Shown: one piece after another, positions 39,526 through 49,455 of the stretch | How positions within the stretch are numbered: position 1 is the stretch's first letter | Layout: each line of letters begins with the position of its first letter | DNA from: Chloroflexota bacterium | Lineage (GTDB): Bacteria; Chloroflexota; UBA11872; VXOZ01 | Direction of reading: 5' to 3' | DNA length: 64,000 bases | Assembly: GCA_965221905.1 (NCBI GenBank) | Contig: OZ244922.1 | Coordinates: 3,264,001 to 3,328,000, forward strand | Notes under the pieces: generated by a model | The model's database searches: none | What the model was told of the DNA's origin: nothing | What the model saw: only the letters and a program-made list of their open reading frames with translations | Program-made: the position numbers and the translations under genes

Positions 39526-40132
39526 CGTTATCTCCTTGTGCTCGGAATGTCTCAAGCGAAAGGGTTGTTCTCACGTGATTATATACTCTTTGTCGCTGCC
39601 TCCAAAGCCTAAGCCCAAGACTACGTAGGTGCACGGCATGCCGTGCACCTGCTATGTTCAGGTGACCACAGGGATAAGAAAGCAGCAGTTGCCACTTCCT
39701 AGCACAAGTTCTGTAGGCAGGGCAATTGTCCTCAATGCTGACGTGATATCTCCTCGCGGCCGACAAAAGGTAAAATCAGCATCATTTGGCTTGGTAGCGC
39801 AGGTTTGCAACCTGCGTCTGTCTGCCGCAGGCCGATGATCCAGTTTGCCCCTTTCATTTCGTGCCGCAAAGCAGAGGCACACCCTCACCCCAACCCTCTC
39901 CCTCGATGGAGAGGGAGCATCGCACAGAGAATATGGATTCCCCGCTGGCGCGGCAACGACGATCGCATCCATAGCGCGGGGGCTTGTCCCTCGCGCTGCG
40001 CCCAGCGAAAGCCACTCCACTCAAACTTTGAGCAGGACAAACCACCCGTTAAGAGCAACAGCGGCGCGCAACACCTCGTCACACGCCGCCCAAAAGCTCA
40101 AAGAACCTAGAATACACCCGTCTGGGAAGTCT

Positions 40133-40417
40133 TCAGGCCGCTCCGCCGGAAACGGCGGGCACGATGGAGACCTCGTCGCCATCGCTGAGCGCAGTTTCGA
40201 GGCCGTCCATGAAACGGATGTCCTCGCCGCGCACGTAGATGTTGATGAAGCGCCGCAGATCGCCGTCTTCATCGCACATGCGCGCCTTGAACCCTTCGTG
40301 GGCCTCGTCCAACTTCGTAATCAGGTCTTCGATAGTGCTCGCGTCTTCCACAGTGACCTCGGCCTTGCCGCCGGCCAGGGGACGGAGCGGGGTGGGAATC
40401 TTCACAGCATTTGCCAT
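40133..40417 (-). CDS. MoaD/ThiS/CysO-like sulfur carrier protein
   Basis: VKIPTPLR, RRFINIYV.GEDIRF, C-terminal VSGGAA. Confidence 0.9.
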   Translation of the reverse strand: MANAVKIPTPLRPLAGGKAEVTVEDASTIEDLITKLDEAHEGFKARMCDEDGDLRRFINIYVRGEDIRFMDGLETALSDGDEVSIVPAVSGGAA

Positions 40418-40443
40418 TGTTTTGTCTTATCCTTCCTAGAAAC

Positions 40444-41706
40444 TCACACCGTTACGGGGGCGCGTTCCAGTCCGCGCACCGCCTCTTCGAACGATTCTAC
40501 GTGGGGCGTAATCTGGATCGTCAAATCAAGGGTATCGGAGACCGCCTCTTGCGCCTTGAGCCCATTGCCCGTGACGTAGGCAACCGTGACCTCGTCGGGC
40601 GCGATCTGCCCGCTTTCGGCCAGCTTCTTGAGGGTGGCAATCGTCACGCCGCCCGCGGGCTCGGTGAATACGCCCTCTGTCGACGCCAGTAGCTTGATCG
40701 CTTCCACCACCTCATCGTCGGTGACGGACTCGATGATACCGCCGGTATCCTGCGCAATCTTCACGGCGTGGTAGCCATCGGCGGGATTGCCGATAGCCAA
40801 CGAATGGGCAATCGTGGTCGGCATCTTCACCGGCCTGATAGCGGTGGTATTGGCGGCGAAGGCTTCCGCCACCGGGCTACATCCCTCGCCTTGTGCGCCG
40901 GAAATGCGCGTGTGCGGCGTGCCCGACAGCAACCCCACTTTGTACAGTTCGTTCAGCCCCTTGTACACCTTGGTGTACAACGAGCCGGAGGCAATGGGCG
41001 CCACAATGTGGTCCGGCGCGCGCCAGCCCAACTGCTCCACCACCTCGAACGCCAGCGTCTTCGATCCCTCCGAGTAGAAGGGGCGGATATTGATGTTGAC
41101 GAAGGCCCAAGCGTAGCGGTCGGCAAGCTCGCTGCAAAGGCGGTTCAGCTCGTCGTAGGTGCCTTCCACCGAGACCAACGTAGCGCCATACACCGCCGCG
41201 TTCACCACCTTGCCGTGCTCCACGGTGTGGGGCAGGAAAACGAAGGTGCGCAGGCCGTTGCGCACACCGGCGGCGGCCGTTGCGCTCGCCAGGTTGCCGG
41301 TGGAAGCGCACGCGAACGTATCGAACCCAAACTCCTTGGCCTTGGCTACCGCCACCGAGACCACCCGGTCTTTGAAGGAGAACGTTGGATTCACGCTATC
41401 GTTCTTGACGTAGAGTTCCTTCAGACCCAGTGCCTTGCCCAGGTTGTGGGCGCGCTGCAAAGGCGTAAAGCCGACCCGCCAGTCCAGGTCTTCGCCGTGC
41501 TCCACGGGGAGCAGGTCCTTATAGCGCCAAAGCGAAATCGGCCCCTGCGCGATCTTCTCGCGGCTGGTTATCTCGCGAATGGCGTCGTAATCGTATTCGA
41601 CCTCCAGAGGGCCGAAACAGAAGGAACAGACATGCGTCGGTTGCACAGGATAGCGCTCCCCGCACTCCCGACACTTCAGTCCTCGTATTCGTTCCACATT
41701 GTTCAT
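40444..41706 (-). CDS. thrC: Threonine synthase-like PLP enzyme
   Basis: N-terminal Zn ribbon CREC...CSFC; NPTFSFKDR, CASTGNLA, EGSKT, TGNGLK. Confidence 0.8.
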   Translation of the reverse strand: MNNVERIRGLKCRECGERYPVQPTHVCSFCFGPLEVEYDYDAIREITSREKIAQGPISLWRYKDLLPVEHGEDLDWRVGFTPLQRAHNLGKALGLKELYVKNDSVNPTFSFKDRVVSVAVAKAKEFGFDTFACASTGNLASATAAAGVRNGLRTFVFLPHTVEHGKVVNAAVYGATLVSVEGTYDELNRLCSELADRYAWAFVNINIRPFYSEGSKTLAFEVVEQLGWRAPDHIVAPIASGSLYTKVYKGLNELYKVGLLSGTPHTRISGAQGEGCSPVAEAFAANTTAIRPVKMPTTIAHSLAIGNPADGYHAVKIAQDTGGIIESVTDDEVVEAIKLLASTEGVFTEPAGGVTIATLKKLAESGQIAPDEVTVAYVTGNGLKAQEAVSDTLDLTIQITPHVESFEEAVRGLERAPVTV

Positions 41707-42126
41707 AGTTCGGCGTCTCACTTGCTTCGACTAGCTCAGAACTAACATTTTCCACTCGTGCACCGTCTCATGGACTAGCCCGGCGCCATCTCCGGTATGT
41801 CGTTTACCTAGCTCCCTCTCCCATCGTCTCTCACTCCCTCTCCTAACATCTCTTAACTCCCTCTCCCCGTGGGAGAGGGTTGGGGTGAGGGTCTTGCGCT
41901 CATCTGCGTTCCGACACCGGACGCAGCTTTTCAAGAATTATGTTCGCTAAGATATTGCCCGCAGCGGGGCATGCACGGCAACCCACCAACGTCCGTCGAC
42001 GTCACGCTTCTGCCGTACGTGTGAGTCCCGCCGCGCCTGACAGCGTGCCCATAGAATAGGCGAGTGCCGTCCAACGTGTCAGGTACGAACAGCCGTTCGC
42101 ATTCATCCGAAATCAGAATTCCCATT

Positions 42127-42171
42127 AAATAAGAACAACCCCTTTCTCTTTCCTTATAGAGAGGGGTCGTA
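42127..42171 (-). terminator. Probable terminator of the riboswitch expression platform
   Basis: ACGACCCCT...AGGGGTTGT hairpin followed by TCTTATTT on the minus strand. Confidence 0.55.
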
Positions 42172-42185
42172 TGTCGCAATATTTC

Positions 42186-42304
42186 CCCTTATCTTGCCCC
42201 AATGCGCATGGGGCCGGAATTGGCACCCTGTCGTGGACTAAAATAGCGTCCACCGGGATGCCGGGCTTCACAGGGCCGTTTCCCTCCACCTCTCTTGATA
42301 AGGC
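42186..42304 (-). promoter_or_regulatory. SAM-I riboswitch
   Basis: Minus strand: CCTTATCAAGAGAGGTGGAGGGAAACGGCCCTGTGAAGCCCGGCATCC...GGTGCCAATTCC...AAGATAAGG. Confidence 0.9.
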
Positions 42305-42618
42305 ACCGGTTATTCAATTGTTAACGAGCGCAGACGTTCGGCTCACTCGCCACCTGCCTGCATCTCAGTCACGGGATATATTAACACAGCCCCGCAAGCT
42401 CGTCAAACGATACGGTTAGAGCACCCAACATAGGCAACATCCGATAGACAAGCTGTACAGTTAACTTAACCCATGCCTGCTCGCCAGTGATGACTTTGGT
42501 GGAGCGACGATATGGTTGCCTTGTAGGTAGCCACTGAGCCCGCGAAGGTCATTGGCTTGCGCATTGCCCCCAATAGACATGATAGCGTGGCGCATTTCAA
42601 AGGAGAAAGAAACCCTCG

Positions 42619-43329
42619 ATGGCAACCGAGAAACTCCCGGAAGGACTGGTTCCCAGCGGCAGTTCACTCACGTTCACGGAAGATACCATCCCCGAAGCCC
42701 TCCAAAAGGAACACACGTTGGCGGCAGGACGTTGGGGCGTCCTCCACGTGTTTGCAGGCAGCGTGCGGTTTGTGAACCTCGAGACCAGTGAAGAGAGCGA
42801 CGTTTCTGCGCCCGATCACGTGATCATTCACCCGGAGGCACCGCACAGAGTACATCTCACCGGGCCGGTACAATGCCGCGTGGATTTCTTTCGAGAGTTG
42901 GACCACGACTCCACCATGCGCACGCCGGGCAGCTTTGCCGGCGATGAGGTGCGGCAAAGTTTCGATCGCTGCGAGGCCGCCGGCGACTTCGCTGAGACCT
43001 TCTACACTGCCTTTATGAATGCCTCTCCCGCGATTGCCCCGTTCTTTGCCAAAACGGAGTTCGCTCGCCAACGCACGCTGCTCCGGGATTCGGTATACCT
43101 GATGGTGACCCAGGACGTCTCGGACCCGGAGATGCGAGCATTGCTGAAAAAACTTGGCGAACTCCACAGCCGCGCCGGCCGCAACATCGCGCCAATGCTC
43201 TACGAACTGTGGCTGGACAGCATCTGCAAGACGGTAAAAGCCCTCGATCCCGAATGGACCCAATCACTCGAAGACCACTGGCGGGTACGCCTGCGCGCCG
43301 GGATGCAGATCATCACGGCGGCGTATTAG
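42619..43329 (+). CDS. DUF1971 (TehB-N-like cupin) fused to a single-domain globin
   Basis: FTEDTIPEAL.K.HTLA.G.WG.L.V..G...PHRV; then FAETFY..F...SP.IAPFF..T.F.RQ..LL, LGELHSR, YELWLDS. Confidence 0.75.
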   Translation: MATEKLPEGLVPSGSSLTFTEDTIPEALQKEHTLAAGRWGVLHVFAGSVRFVNLETSEESDVSAPDHVIIHPEAPHRVHLTGPVQCRVDFFRELDHDSTMRTPGSFAGDEVRQSFDRCEAAGDFAETFYTAFMNASPAIAPFFAKTEFARQRTLLRDSVYLMVTQDVSDPEMRALLKKLGELHSRAGRNIAPMLYELWLDSICKTVKALDPEWTQSLEDHWRVRLRAGMQIITAAY

Positions 43330-43428
43330 AGGGTCTGCGGAGACTCCTTTCACCGCGGAAAACGTGCTTCCCTAAACCGATGGACAAAGAAACTGCACAA
43401 GATGAATGTCCACTCGAACGTTGGAAAA

Positions 43429-44190
43429 TCACAGGTGTTTTTCAAAGCTTAGGTACTTCGACAGAACATCGTATTCAAGGATTATGCTCGTATCAGTCGC
43501 CTGATTTAGTCTTCTGGCTCTTCCTGGGTGTAACTTGCCGCTACGCTCCCTAAAGGCAACATTTACCACTCTCTTGCCATAATCCTTGATTAGCTCAACT
43601 GCGGGAACATAATCCTGATCACCCGAAACAACAACCGCCACGTCGTACACGTCTTTCAAGAATGCCATGTCACAAGCCAGTTTTACGTCGACTGACTTTT
43701 CTCCCCTAAACTTCCTCTCAAACAAATCGTATCTGACTATTCCCGATCGCCGGAATTCGACTGCGTCATGGTGTGTGGCGATATCTCCTTGTATGCGTAT
43801 CCACCCCTCAAATCGCCGCTGTATGCCTTCTTGGCGCTCCTCGAGGTCGTCCACAATCGCTAACATTCGCTCCATCCGAGATTCCACATCGACGAATTTG
43901 TCTAGCTGCGCCTGAAAGCAGGGATGCTTTGAAAGAATCGAGTTGAGGTTTTTGGGCTGTCTAGCTAGCTTTCTTAGACTATATGGATAAAACTCTATGT
44001 CTTGAACCACATACCAATAGGTGCGAATCCGCAATCCCAGATGGCTAGATTCGGAGGCGATGTAGTCAAATAACTTAGTCCAGTCGGCTCCCTTCGGCAA
44101 GTAGTCTGTTTTTTGGAACTCATCCTTGAAAAGACCACCAATGGAATGCCGAAAGTTTTCACCATCAACGAAGATGCACACTCTGTTCAT
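43429..44190 (-). CDS. NYN domain (LabA/DUF88, PIN-like) ribonuclease
   Basis: IFVDGEN, EKSVDVKLACD, VSGDQDYVP..E..KDYGK.V; lower GC than its flanks. Confidence 0.9.
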   Translation of the reverse strand: MNRVCIFVDGENFRHSIGGLFKDEFQKTDYLPKGADWTKLFDYIASESSHLGLRIRTYWYVVQDIEFYPYSLRKLARQPKNLNSILSKHPCFQAQLDKFVDVESRMERMLAIVDDLEERQEGIQRRFEGWIRIQGDIATHHDAVEFRRSGIVRYDLFERKFRGEKSVDVKLACDMAFLKDVYDVAVVVSGDQDYVPAVELIKDYGKRVVNVAFRERSGKLHPGRARRLNQATDTSIILEYDVLSKYLSFEKHL

Positions 44191-44202
44191 GTTTCCCGCC
44201 TT

Positions 44203-44274
44203 AAACAAAAGCGGCGAACACGCAGTTCGCCGCATCGCCAATAAGCGTCTAGGACGCACCTAGACGAAGCCTCA
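44203..44274 (-). ncRNA. Candidate twin-hairpin leader or antitoxin RNA upstream of the NYN gene
   Basis: CGTCTAGG-TGCGT-CCTAGACG and GCGGCGAAC-TGCGT-GTTCGCCGC-TTTTGTTT. Confidence 0.55.
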
Positions 44275-44279
44275 CTTCG

Positions 44280-44308
44280 ATTCTATCTCAACCGGCAACT
44301 TGAGTCAA
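44280..44308 (-). promoter_or_regulatory. Sigma70-type promoter for the leader and NYN gene
   Basis: TTGACT-N17-TAGAAT. Confidence 0.7.
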
Positions 44309-44432
44309 TCGTCTCACGTTCGAGTTCATCGTCTGGTCTGCCAATAGGCAAGTACCTAGCCTGCATGTCACCGCTTGTCTATGCTAGTATACGGTATCCG
44401 TATTCGCGCAGCGTAAGAGGCAATGGTATCCC

Positions 44433-45506
44433 ATGCAGGTGCAAATTACCGCGCCGATTCATGGCGCGATCCTCAATCGGCACGACGGGCGGCAGGACGA
44501 CGCGGGCTTGCACATCACCGTGCAGGGCGTGGTGAGCGAAGCCGATACCGTGACCGTGAACGGCGTGACGGCCACGATAATCGGCGCCACGTTCACGGCG
44601 GACTACACCCTGGACGTCCACGAGACGGTGCTTACGGCCGTGGCGGAACGCGGCGGTGAGACGCTAACCCATGCCGTGACGGTGCTCTGGGACCAGCGTT
44701 CGTTCCCGCGCTACCGCTTCTCGCTGGACGACGACGTGTTGTTTCTGCGCGATATCGCCTTGGAACGGCCGCGCTCGCTCTTCGATAACTTCTACCTGGG
44801 GTTCATGCGCGACCTCCGCGACCGCTACGGCACCAAGACCCACATCAACATCTACTACGCTTACGAGGACTTCGACCTGCGGCAGATGCCGGATACGTAT
44901 AAGTCCGAGTGGCGCGACAACGCCGACTGGCTGCAACTTTCGTTCCACGCCCGCACCGACCATCCGCGCGATCCGTATAAGGAAGCGTCGGCAGAGAAAC
45001 TCATAACCGACTACCGGCAGGTGCGCGACGAGACGCTGCGCTTTGCGGGCGAGCAGAGTTGGTCGCACTTCACTACGATTCACTGGGGCGAGGGCACCCG
45101 CCTGGGCTGCCGCGCGTTGCGCCAGGAGGGTATCTGGGGCCTGGCGGGCTACTTCATTCCGGCCCCGGACCTGCGCGTAAACTACTACCTGGACCACGCC
45201 ACCACCGCTTACCTGCATACCCACGACTACTGGATGGACTACAGCGAGGATATTCTCTTCGTTACCCACGATCAGGTCATTAACTCGCACAAGACGCCGG
45301 AGGAAGTGACGGCCCATCTGGACTCCGTGGGGCAAGACCCCCACCGCAGTGAGATCATGGAGCTAATGGTCCACGAACAGTACTTCCGCAAAGAGCTGCG
45401 GCATTACCAGCCCAACGTGCCTGCAAAGACCGAGGCGGCCATCCGCTGGGCGACCGAACACGGCTACAAGTCGGTCTTGTACAACGAGGGCTTCCTGGGC
45501 GCGTAG
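44433..45506 (+). CDS. Hypothetical: Ig-like N-terminal domain plus deacetylase/NodB-like barrel
   Basis: Beta-rich N-terminus (ITAP..G, TVTVNG); SLDDD, SFHA, TIHWG, MVHEQYF. Confidence 0.6.
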   Translation: MQVQITAPIHGAILNRHDGRQDDAGLHITVQGVVSEADTVTVNGVTATIIGATFTADYTLDVHETVLTAVAERGGETLTHAVTVLWDQRSFPRYRFSLDDDVLFLRDIALERPRSLFDNFYLGFMRDLRDRYGTKTHINIYYAYEDFDLRQMPDTYKSEWRDNADWLQLSFHARTDHPRDPYKEASAEKLITDYRQVRDETLRFAGEQSWSHFTTIHWGEGTRLGCRALRQEGIWGLAGYFIPAPDLRVNYYLDHATTAYLHTHDYWMDYSEDILFVTHDQVINSHKTPEEVTAHLDSVGQDPHRSEIMELMVHEQYFRKELRHYQPNVPAKTEAAIRWATEHGYKSVLYNEGFLGA

Positions 45507-46332
45507 GGGGACCTCCGCACAGTGCTGCGAGTCTATCGTGGGTGTTGAACCCGGGATTTTCTTGGATTCTCACCTTTTAGGAACAAAACTGTGTAGGGGC
45601 ACGACATGTCGTGCCCCTACGGGTCAATCGCACTTTTCAAGGGGTCAAGCACAGAGAGAAAGCGAACGCCAAACAGTGTAGCCGCGCCCTACCCATCCAA
45701 CTTAGACAGAATAATGTCTCCCAGGAAGGAAGGGATTAGCGCTGTACCCAGGGCTATGGTGACCGTCGTGTTCTTCGGTCAAAGCAACGGAATGGCCTCT
45801 TGGTAGGGGCCTTGCTTAGTCTCTATCGAGATCCTCTTCGCCGATTAGGGCGCTGAGCGAGGTATCGAGGGCTGCCGCGATTCTCGCCGCCGCGCCGTGA
45901 TATTCTGCCTGCCTCTTTCCACCGTGCTGGTTCCGCCTCAGAACTAAGGAGCAGTCAGGGCACAAGCAGTGCCGGTCATCTAGCCGACCGGCCGTTTGGC
46001 CGGCTACTTTGCACGCGCAGATTAGGGCAGCTTCAAGTATTCGTTCCACACTCCTCTAGTCTGAGCGCGCTGTCGTGCACGTTTCCAGCATTGACTTGAC
46101 TCCGGTGTCAATAGCCCTTAGTCTACTCAGAGAGGATAGCATATGCTATTGCTCAGATTGTCTAGCAGTATGGAGGATACGCCCCTTGCCAACAGGGAAT
46201 CCACTGCGCTTACAGGGAGCGATTGGATAGCACGCTGGCAGTGGGCAGCCTTCACGAGCCGACCGCGTCGGCAAAAGGAGGAAGAGAGGGTCTTAGAGAT
46301 ACGCGTTGCGCGCAGACAGAAGGAGTAAAATA

Positions 46333-46548
46333 GTGGAAACTCTGCAATTGGCAGCCCTCGTCGTAGCGGCTATTGGCGCCATAAACTGGGGCCTGGTCGG
46401 CATCGCCAAGATCGATCTCGTAGCTCTCATCGCGGGCGGCCTCAAGTTTGGTGAAGTCAACAGCATATCCCGCGTTCTGTATATCGTCGTCGGCATCGCC
46501 GGAATTCTCGCCATTGTCTTGGAATTCACCGGTGGAATCGGCGCATAG
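46333..46548 (+). CDS. DUF378 small membrane protein
   Basis: IGAINWGLVG...DLVA, SRVLYIVVGIAG; RBS AAGGAG. Confidence 0.85.
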   Translation: METLQLAALVVAAIGAINWGLVGIAKIDLVALIAGGLKFGEVNSISRVLYIVVGIAGILAIVLEFTGGIGA

Positions 46549-46852
46549 TCTTGCCGCGGGGTATGCGGAGCCGCAGGAGTTGCAATGGCTATGCTTGTAG
46601 CTTCTCACTGCGCTCGTCTTCTGCTCGTCGATCGAACGAAGTCAATGAAGAAGCGAGGACACACTTTATTGTGTGTCCTCGCTTTCGTCTGCGCAAAAAT
46701 GGGACGCAGTGCTCTTTAATTTACACCCGCCGTCTGCCGGTCCGTTCACGACCCTGAGCGCCTATGCCGCAAAGACCGGCTCTGTACTAGCCCGTGAGGC
46801 GCGCCGCTACGGGGAGTATGGATTTGCGTACACCCGTAGTCGAATCAGCGCA

Positions 46853-47572
46853 CTACGTACACTGCCAGGCCGGATCGATATTCACCGCGCCAATACTCCA
46901 GTCCTGCATCCGCCAGCCATCGCCTTCGCGTGCAAACGTATATTGCTGACCGGGATAGGTCACGACTTCTCGCGACGTTTGTTCTTCATCGCTGGCCGTA
47001 CAGTTCAAGACAGCTTCGTAGGTCCACACCTCTTGGGTCTCGACCACCACTTCACTCTCGTCTTCTGAGACACTTTGCACAATGCATGTATTCAACTGCA
47101 GGACGATGGCGGTGATTCGATTTACGCTATAGGTATCGGTAATTTTGCCCACCAGATATGCAGCAGAGGCTTGGGCGCGTGCCGTCACCTCTCCCCACGT
47201 GGCACTGAGTTGTGCCGCATCCAGCTCACCGCGCATGACCGCGGCTTGGCTCTCGTTTGCCGCAACAATCGCGCCGCTGAGATCAGATGTACAGGGATCG
47301 CCTACCGCAATTGCCGTTGCCGGCGTCCCTTCCGGTTCCGGCGTTGGCGCAGGCGGCGGTGTTGGTATTGGAAGAGGCGTCGGAGTCCCAAGCGTAGGAA
47401 AGGGAGCAACTGAGGGCGTCGGCTCCAACTCCATAGCCTCCGTCGTTGGCGTGGCTTCTACCACCTCATCGGCGCCGGGGTCTGTCAGCCGCAAAGCCAC
47501 AGCCGTTCCGGCAACCACCACCAATACAACAATCAAAATGATGAGCATTCGAATGACCCACGTCCAACTCAT
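46853..47572 (-). CDS. Membrane-anchored protein with Pro/Thr linker and IMS/NTF2-like C-terminal domain
   Basis: N-terminal TM, PTPTP linker, C-terminal YTFAREGDGWR. Confidence 0.65.
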   Translation of the reverse strand: MSWTWVIRMLIILIVVLVVVAGTAVALRLTDPGADEVVEATPTTEAMELEPTPSVAPFPTLGTPTPLPIPTPPPAPTPEPEGTPATAIAVGDPCTSDLSGAIVAANESQAAVMRGELDAAQLSATWGEVTARAQASAAYLVGKITDTYSVNRITAIVLQLNTCIVQSVSEDESEVVVETQEVWTYEAVLNCTASDEEQTSREVVTYPGQQYTFAREGDGWRMQDWSIGAVNIDPAWQCT

Positions 47573-47684
47573 GTTCACCCTCCTATACTCTACTACCTGA
47601 TACCATACTACTCTGAATCACTACACAATGCACAAGACGCCAACACCGCTGATGAATGCAAGGTGCTATAATGAGTGTGTTTGC

Positions 47685-47708
47685 GGAAGTGGGGAAAGCC
47701 CACTTTTC
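47685..47708 (+). promoter_or_regulatory. Leader hairpin of the nusA operon
   Basis: AAGTGGG-GAAAG-CCCACTTTT after a TATAAT -10 box, resembling rimP/nusA leaders. Confidence 0.5.
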
Positions 47709-47763
47709 TTAATTCTTGGCAGTAGCCCAAGGAAATTGTCGGCAGACGGGGAAGGTATCGCGA

Positions 47764-48948
47764 ATGAAGAACGACTTTGGATCCGCGATCGCGCAGATTG
47801 CCAGTGAAAAAGGCTTGAATCAAGAGGACGTGATCAGCGCGTTGGAGACTGCGATTCTTTCTGCATATCGGAAAGTCACCGGCGACCCGGTACCGAATGC
47901 CGTAGCGTATTTCGACCTGCAATCCGGTGAATCGAAGATATACGTGCCCAAACTGGTTGTAGAAGACGTAGAGGACCCCGAAGCCGAGGTCAGCCTGGCT
48001 GAAGCGCAAGTAATTGACTCCGAGGCAGAAACCGGCGACGAAATTGAAGTGGAGATAACGCCTCCCAACGTGGGACGCATTGCCGCCCAGGCCGCACGCC
48101 AGGTATTGTTGCAATCGTTGCGGGAGAAGGAACGCGACCACGTCTACGATGAGTTTATCGACCGCGTGGGCGAGGTTGTGAGCGGAAGGGTGCAGCGGGT
48201 AGACAATCGCGGCGTGGTGCTCGACTTCGGCCGGGCAGAAGCGCTGATGTCGTCCGCAGACATGGTACCGGGTGAGCGTGATCGCTACCGCTTGGGCCAG
48301 CGGCTGCGCGCTTATATAGCTGAAGTGCGGAAGGACCTGAAGGGACCCGTGGTTCGCGTTTCGCGCGCCCACAAGGACTTCATCCGGCGCCTCATCGAAC
48401 AGGAAGTCCCCGAAGTGCAATCCGGCACTGTAGAAATCAAGGAGATTGCCCGCGACCCGGGATCGCGCACAAAGGTGGCTGTATTCGCTAAACAGGAGGG
48501 GCTTGACCCGGTTGGGTCATGCGTCGGCATGCGGGGAACGCGCATCCAGAACGTGCTGCGGGAACTTGGCAATGAAAAGGTGGAAATCATCGAGTGGAGC
48601 GCGGATACCGCCACATTCATCAAGAATGCGCTCTCCCCCGCTGAGATTCAACTGGTGGAACTCATCGAGGTTGACGATCAGCAGGTAGCCTCCGTACAGG
48701 TCAGGGCGGACATGGTGTCGCTGGCTATTGGCCGCGACGGCCAGAACACACGGCTCGCCAATAGACTCACCGGGTGGAAGATCAACATTCGTTCACTAGA
48801 GGAAGAGCAAGCCGCCGCCGATGCACCGGCCGCGGTCTCAGCGGAGGCGTCAGCCGAGGTGGAAGACGCGCCGGCGCAAGCAGCGGCCGCACAGCAGGAC
48901 GCTGCGGAATCTCTTGAGACAGAGGAGTCAGCAAGTAGCACTAGTTAG
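47764..48948 (+). CDS. nusA: Transcription termination factor NusA
   Basis: GRIAAQAARQ, EVPEV, ARDPGSRTKVAV, DPVGSCVG, AIGRDGQN. Confidence 0.97.
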   Translation: MKNDFGSAIAQIASEKGLNQEDVISALETAILSAYRKVTGDPVPNAVAYFDLQSGESKIYVPKLVVEDVEDPEAEVSLAEAQVIDSEAETGDEIEVEITPPNVGRIAAQAARQVLLQSLREKERDHVYDEFIDRVGEVVSGRVQRVDNRGVVLDFGRAEALMSSADMVPGERDRYRLGQRLRAYIAEVRKDLKGPVVRVSRAHKDFIRRLIEQEVPEVQSGTVEIKEIARDPGSRTKVAVFAKQEGLDPVGSCVGMRGTRIQNVLRELGNEKVEIIEWSADTATFIKNALSPAEIQLVELIEVDDQQVASVQVRADMVSLAIGRDGQNTRLANRLTGWKINIRSLEEEQAAADAPAAVSAEASAEVEDAPAQAAAAQQDAAESLETEESASSTS

Positions 48949-49076
48949 ACACTGTGCATGACACGCAGTGAGGAAGTTCCTTGAGCGCGCCTTGCACAGC
49001 AGCCGTGGCCGGCAGCATGGTGACGGCCACTTGCACGAGACCAAAAAGGGAAATGAAGTCTTTGAGGGTGGGTGCG

Positions 49077-49367
49077 GTGAATCTGACAGCGACGTCACAG
49101 CAAAAGCACATACCCCAGCGTACGTGCCTCGGCTGCCGGGCAACGAAACCTAAGAGAGCTCTGGCGCGAATTGTGCGCACGCAGGAAGGGCGCGTAACAA
49201 TTGACACCACAGGAAAAGAGCGTGGTCGCGGCGCCTACCTATGTCCCGATTCTGACTGTGCAAGAAAAGCGCTCAAAGCAAGCACCCTTAACCGGGCGTT
49301 GCGAACCAGCATTGATGATGCGGCGCTGGCAGAACTGCTGGCGTGGGCCGAGCAGTTAGTAGAATAG
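49077..49367 (+). CDS. ylxR: YlxR/RnpM family protein
   Basis: PQRTCLGCR, GRGAYLC; position between nusA and infB. Confidence 0.9.
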   Translation: MNLTATSQQKHIPQRTCLGCRATKPKRALARIVRTQEGRVTIDTTGKERGRGAYLCPDSDCARKALKASTLNRALRTSIDDAALAELLAWAEQLVE

Positions 49368-49455
49368 GTCGACGCACCCTCTAAACCGTCCAAATCCTGG
49401 AACGCTCCCTCCGTCCACTGCAGTGAGAGAGCATTCCGCGAGAGGAGGAACAACA

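Noticed and set aside
45816-46049. 77-aa ORF with an XRE-HTH-like C-terminus (AARIAAALDTSLSALIGE)
   Set aside because: The N-terminal half does not resemble an HTH; at most a decayed remnant.
46080-46330. Possible structured RNA upstream of DUF378
   Set aside because: No recognisable riboswitch consensus or convincing stems.
47600-47764. Absence of rimP before nusA
   Set aside because: Probably a lineage trait; cannot be evaluated from one window.
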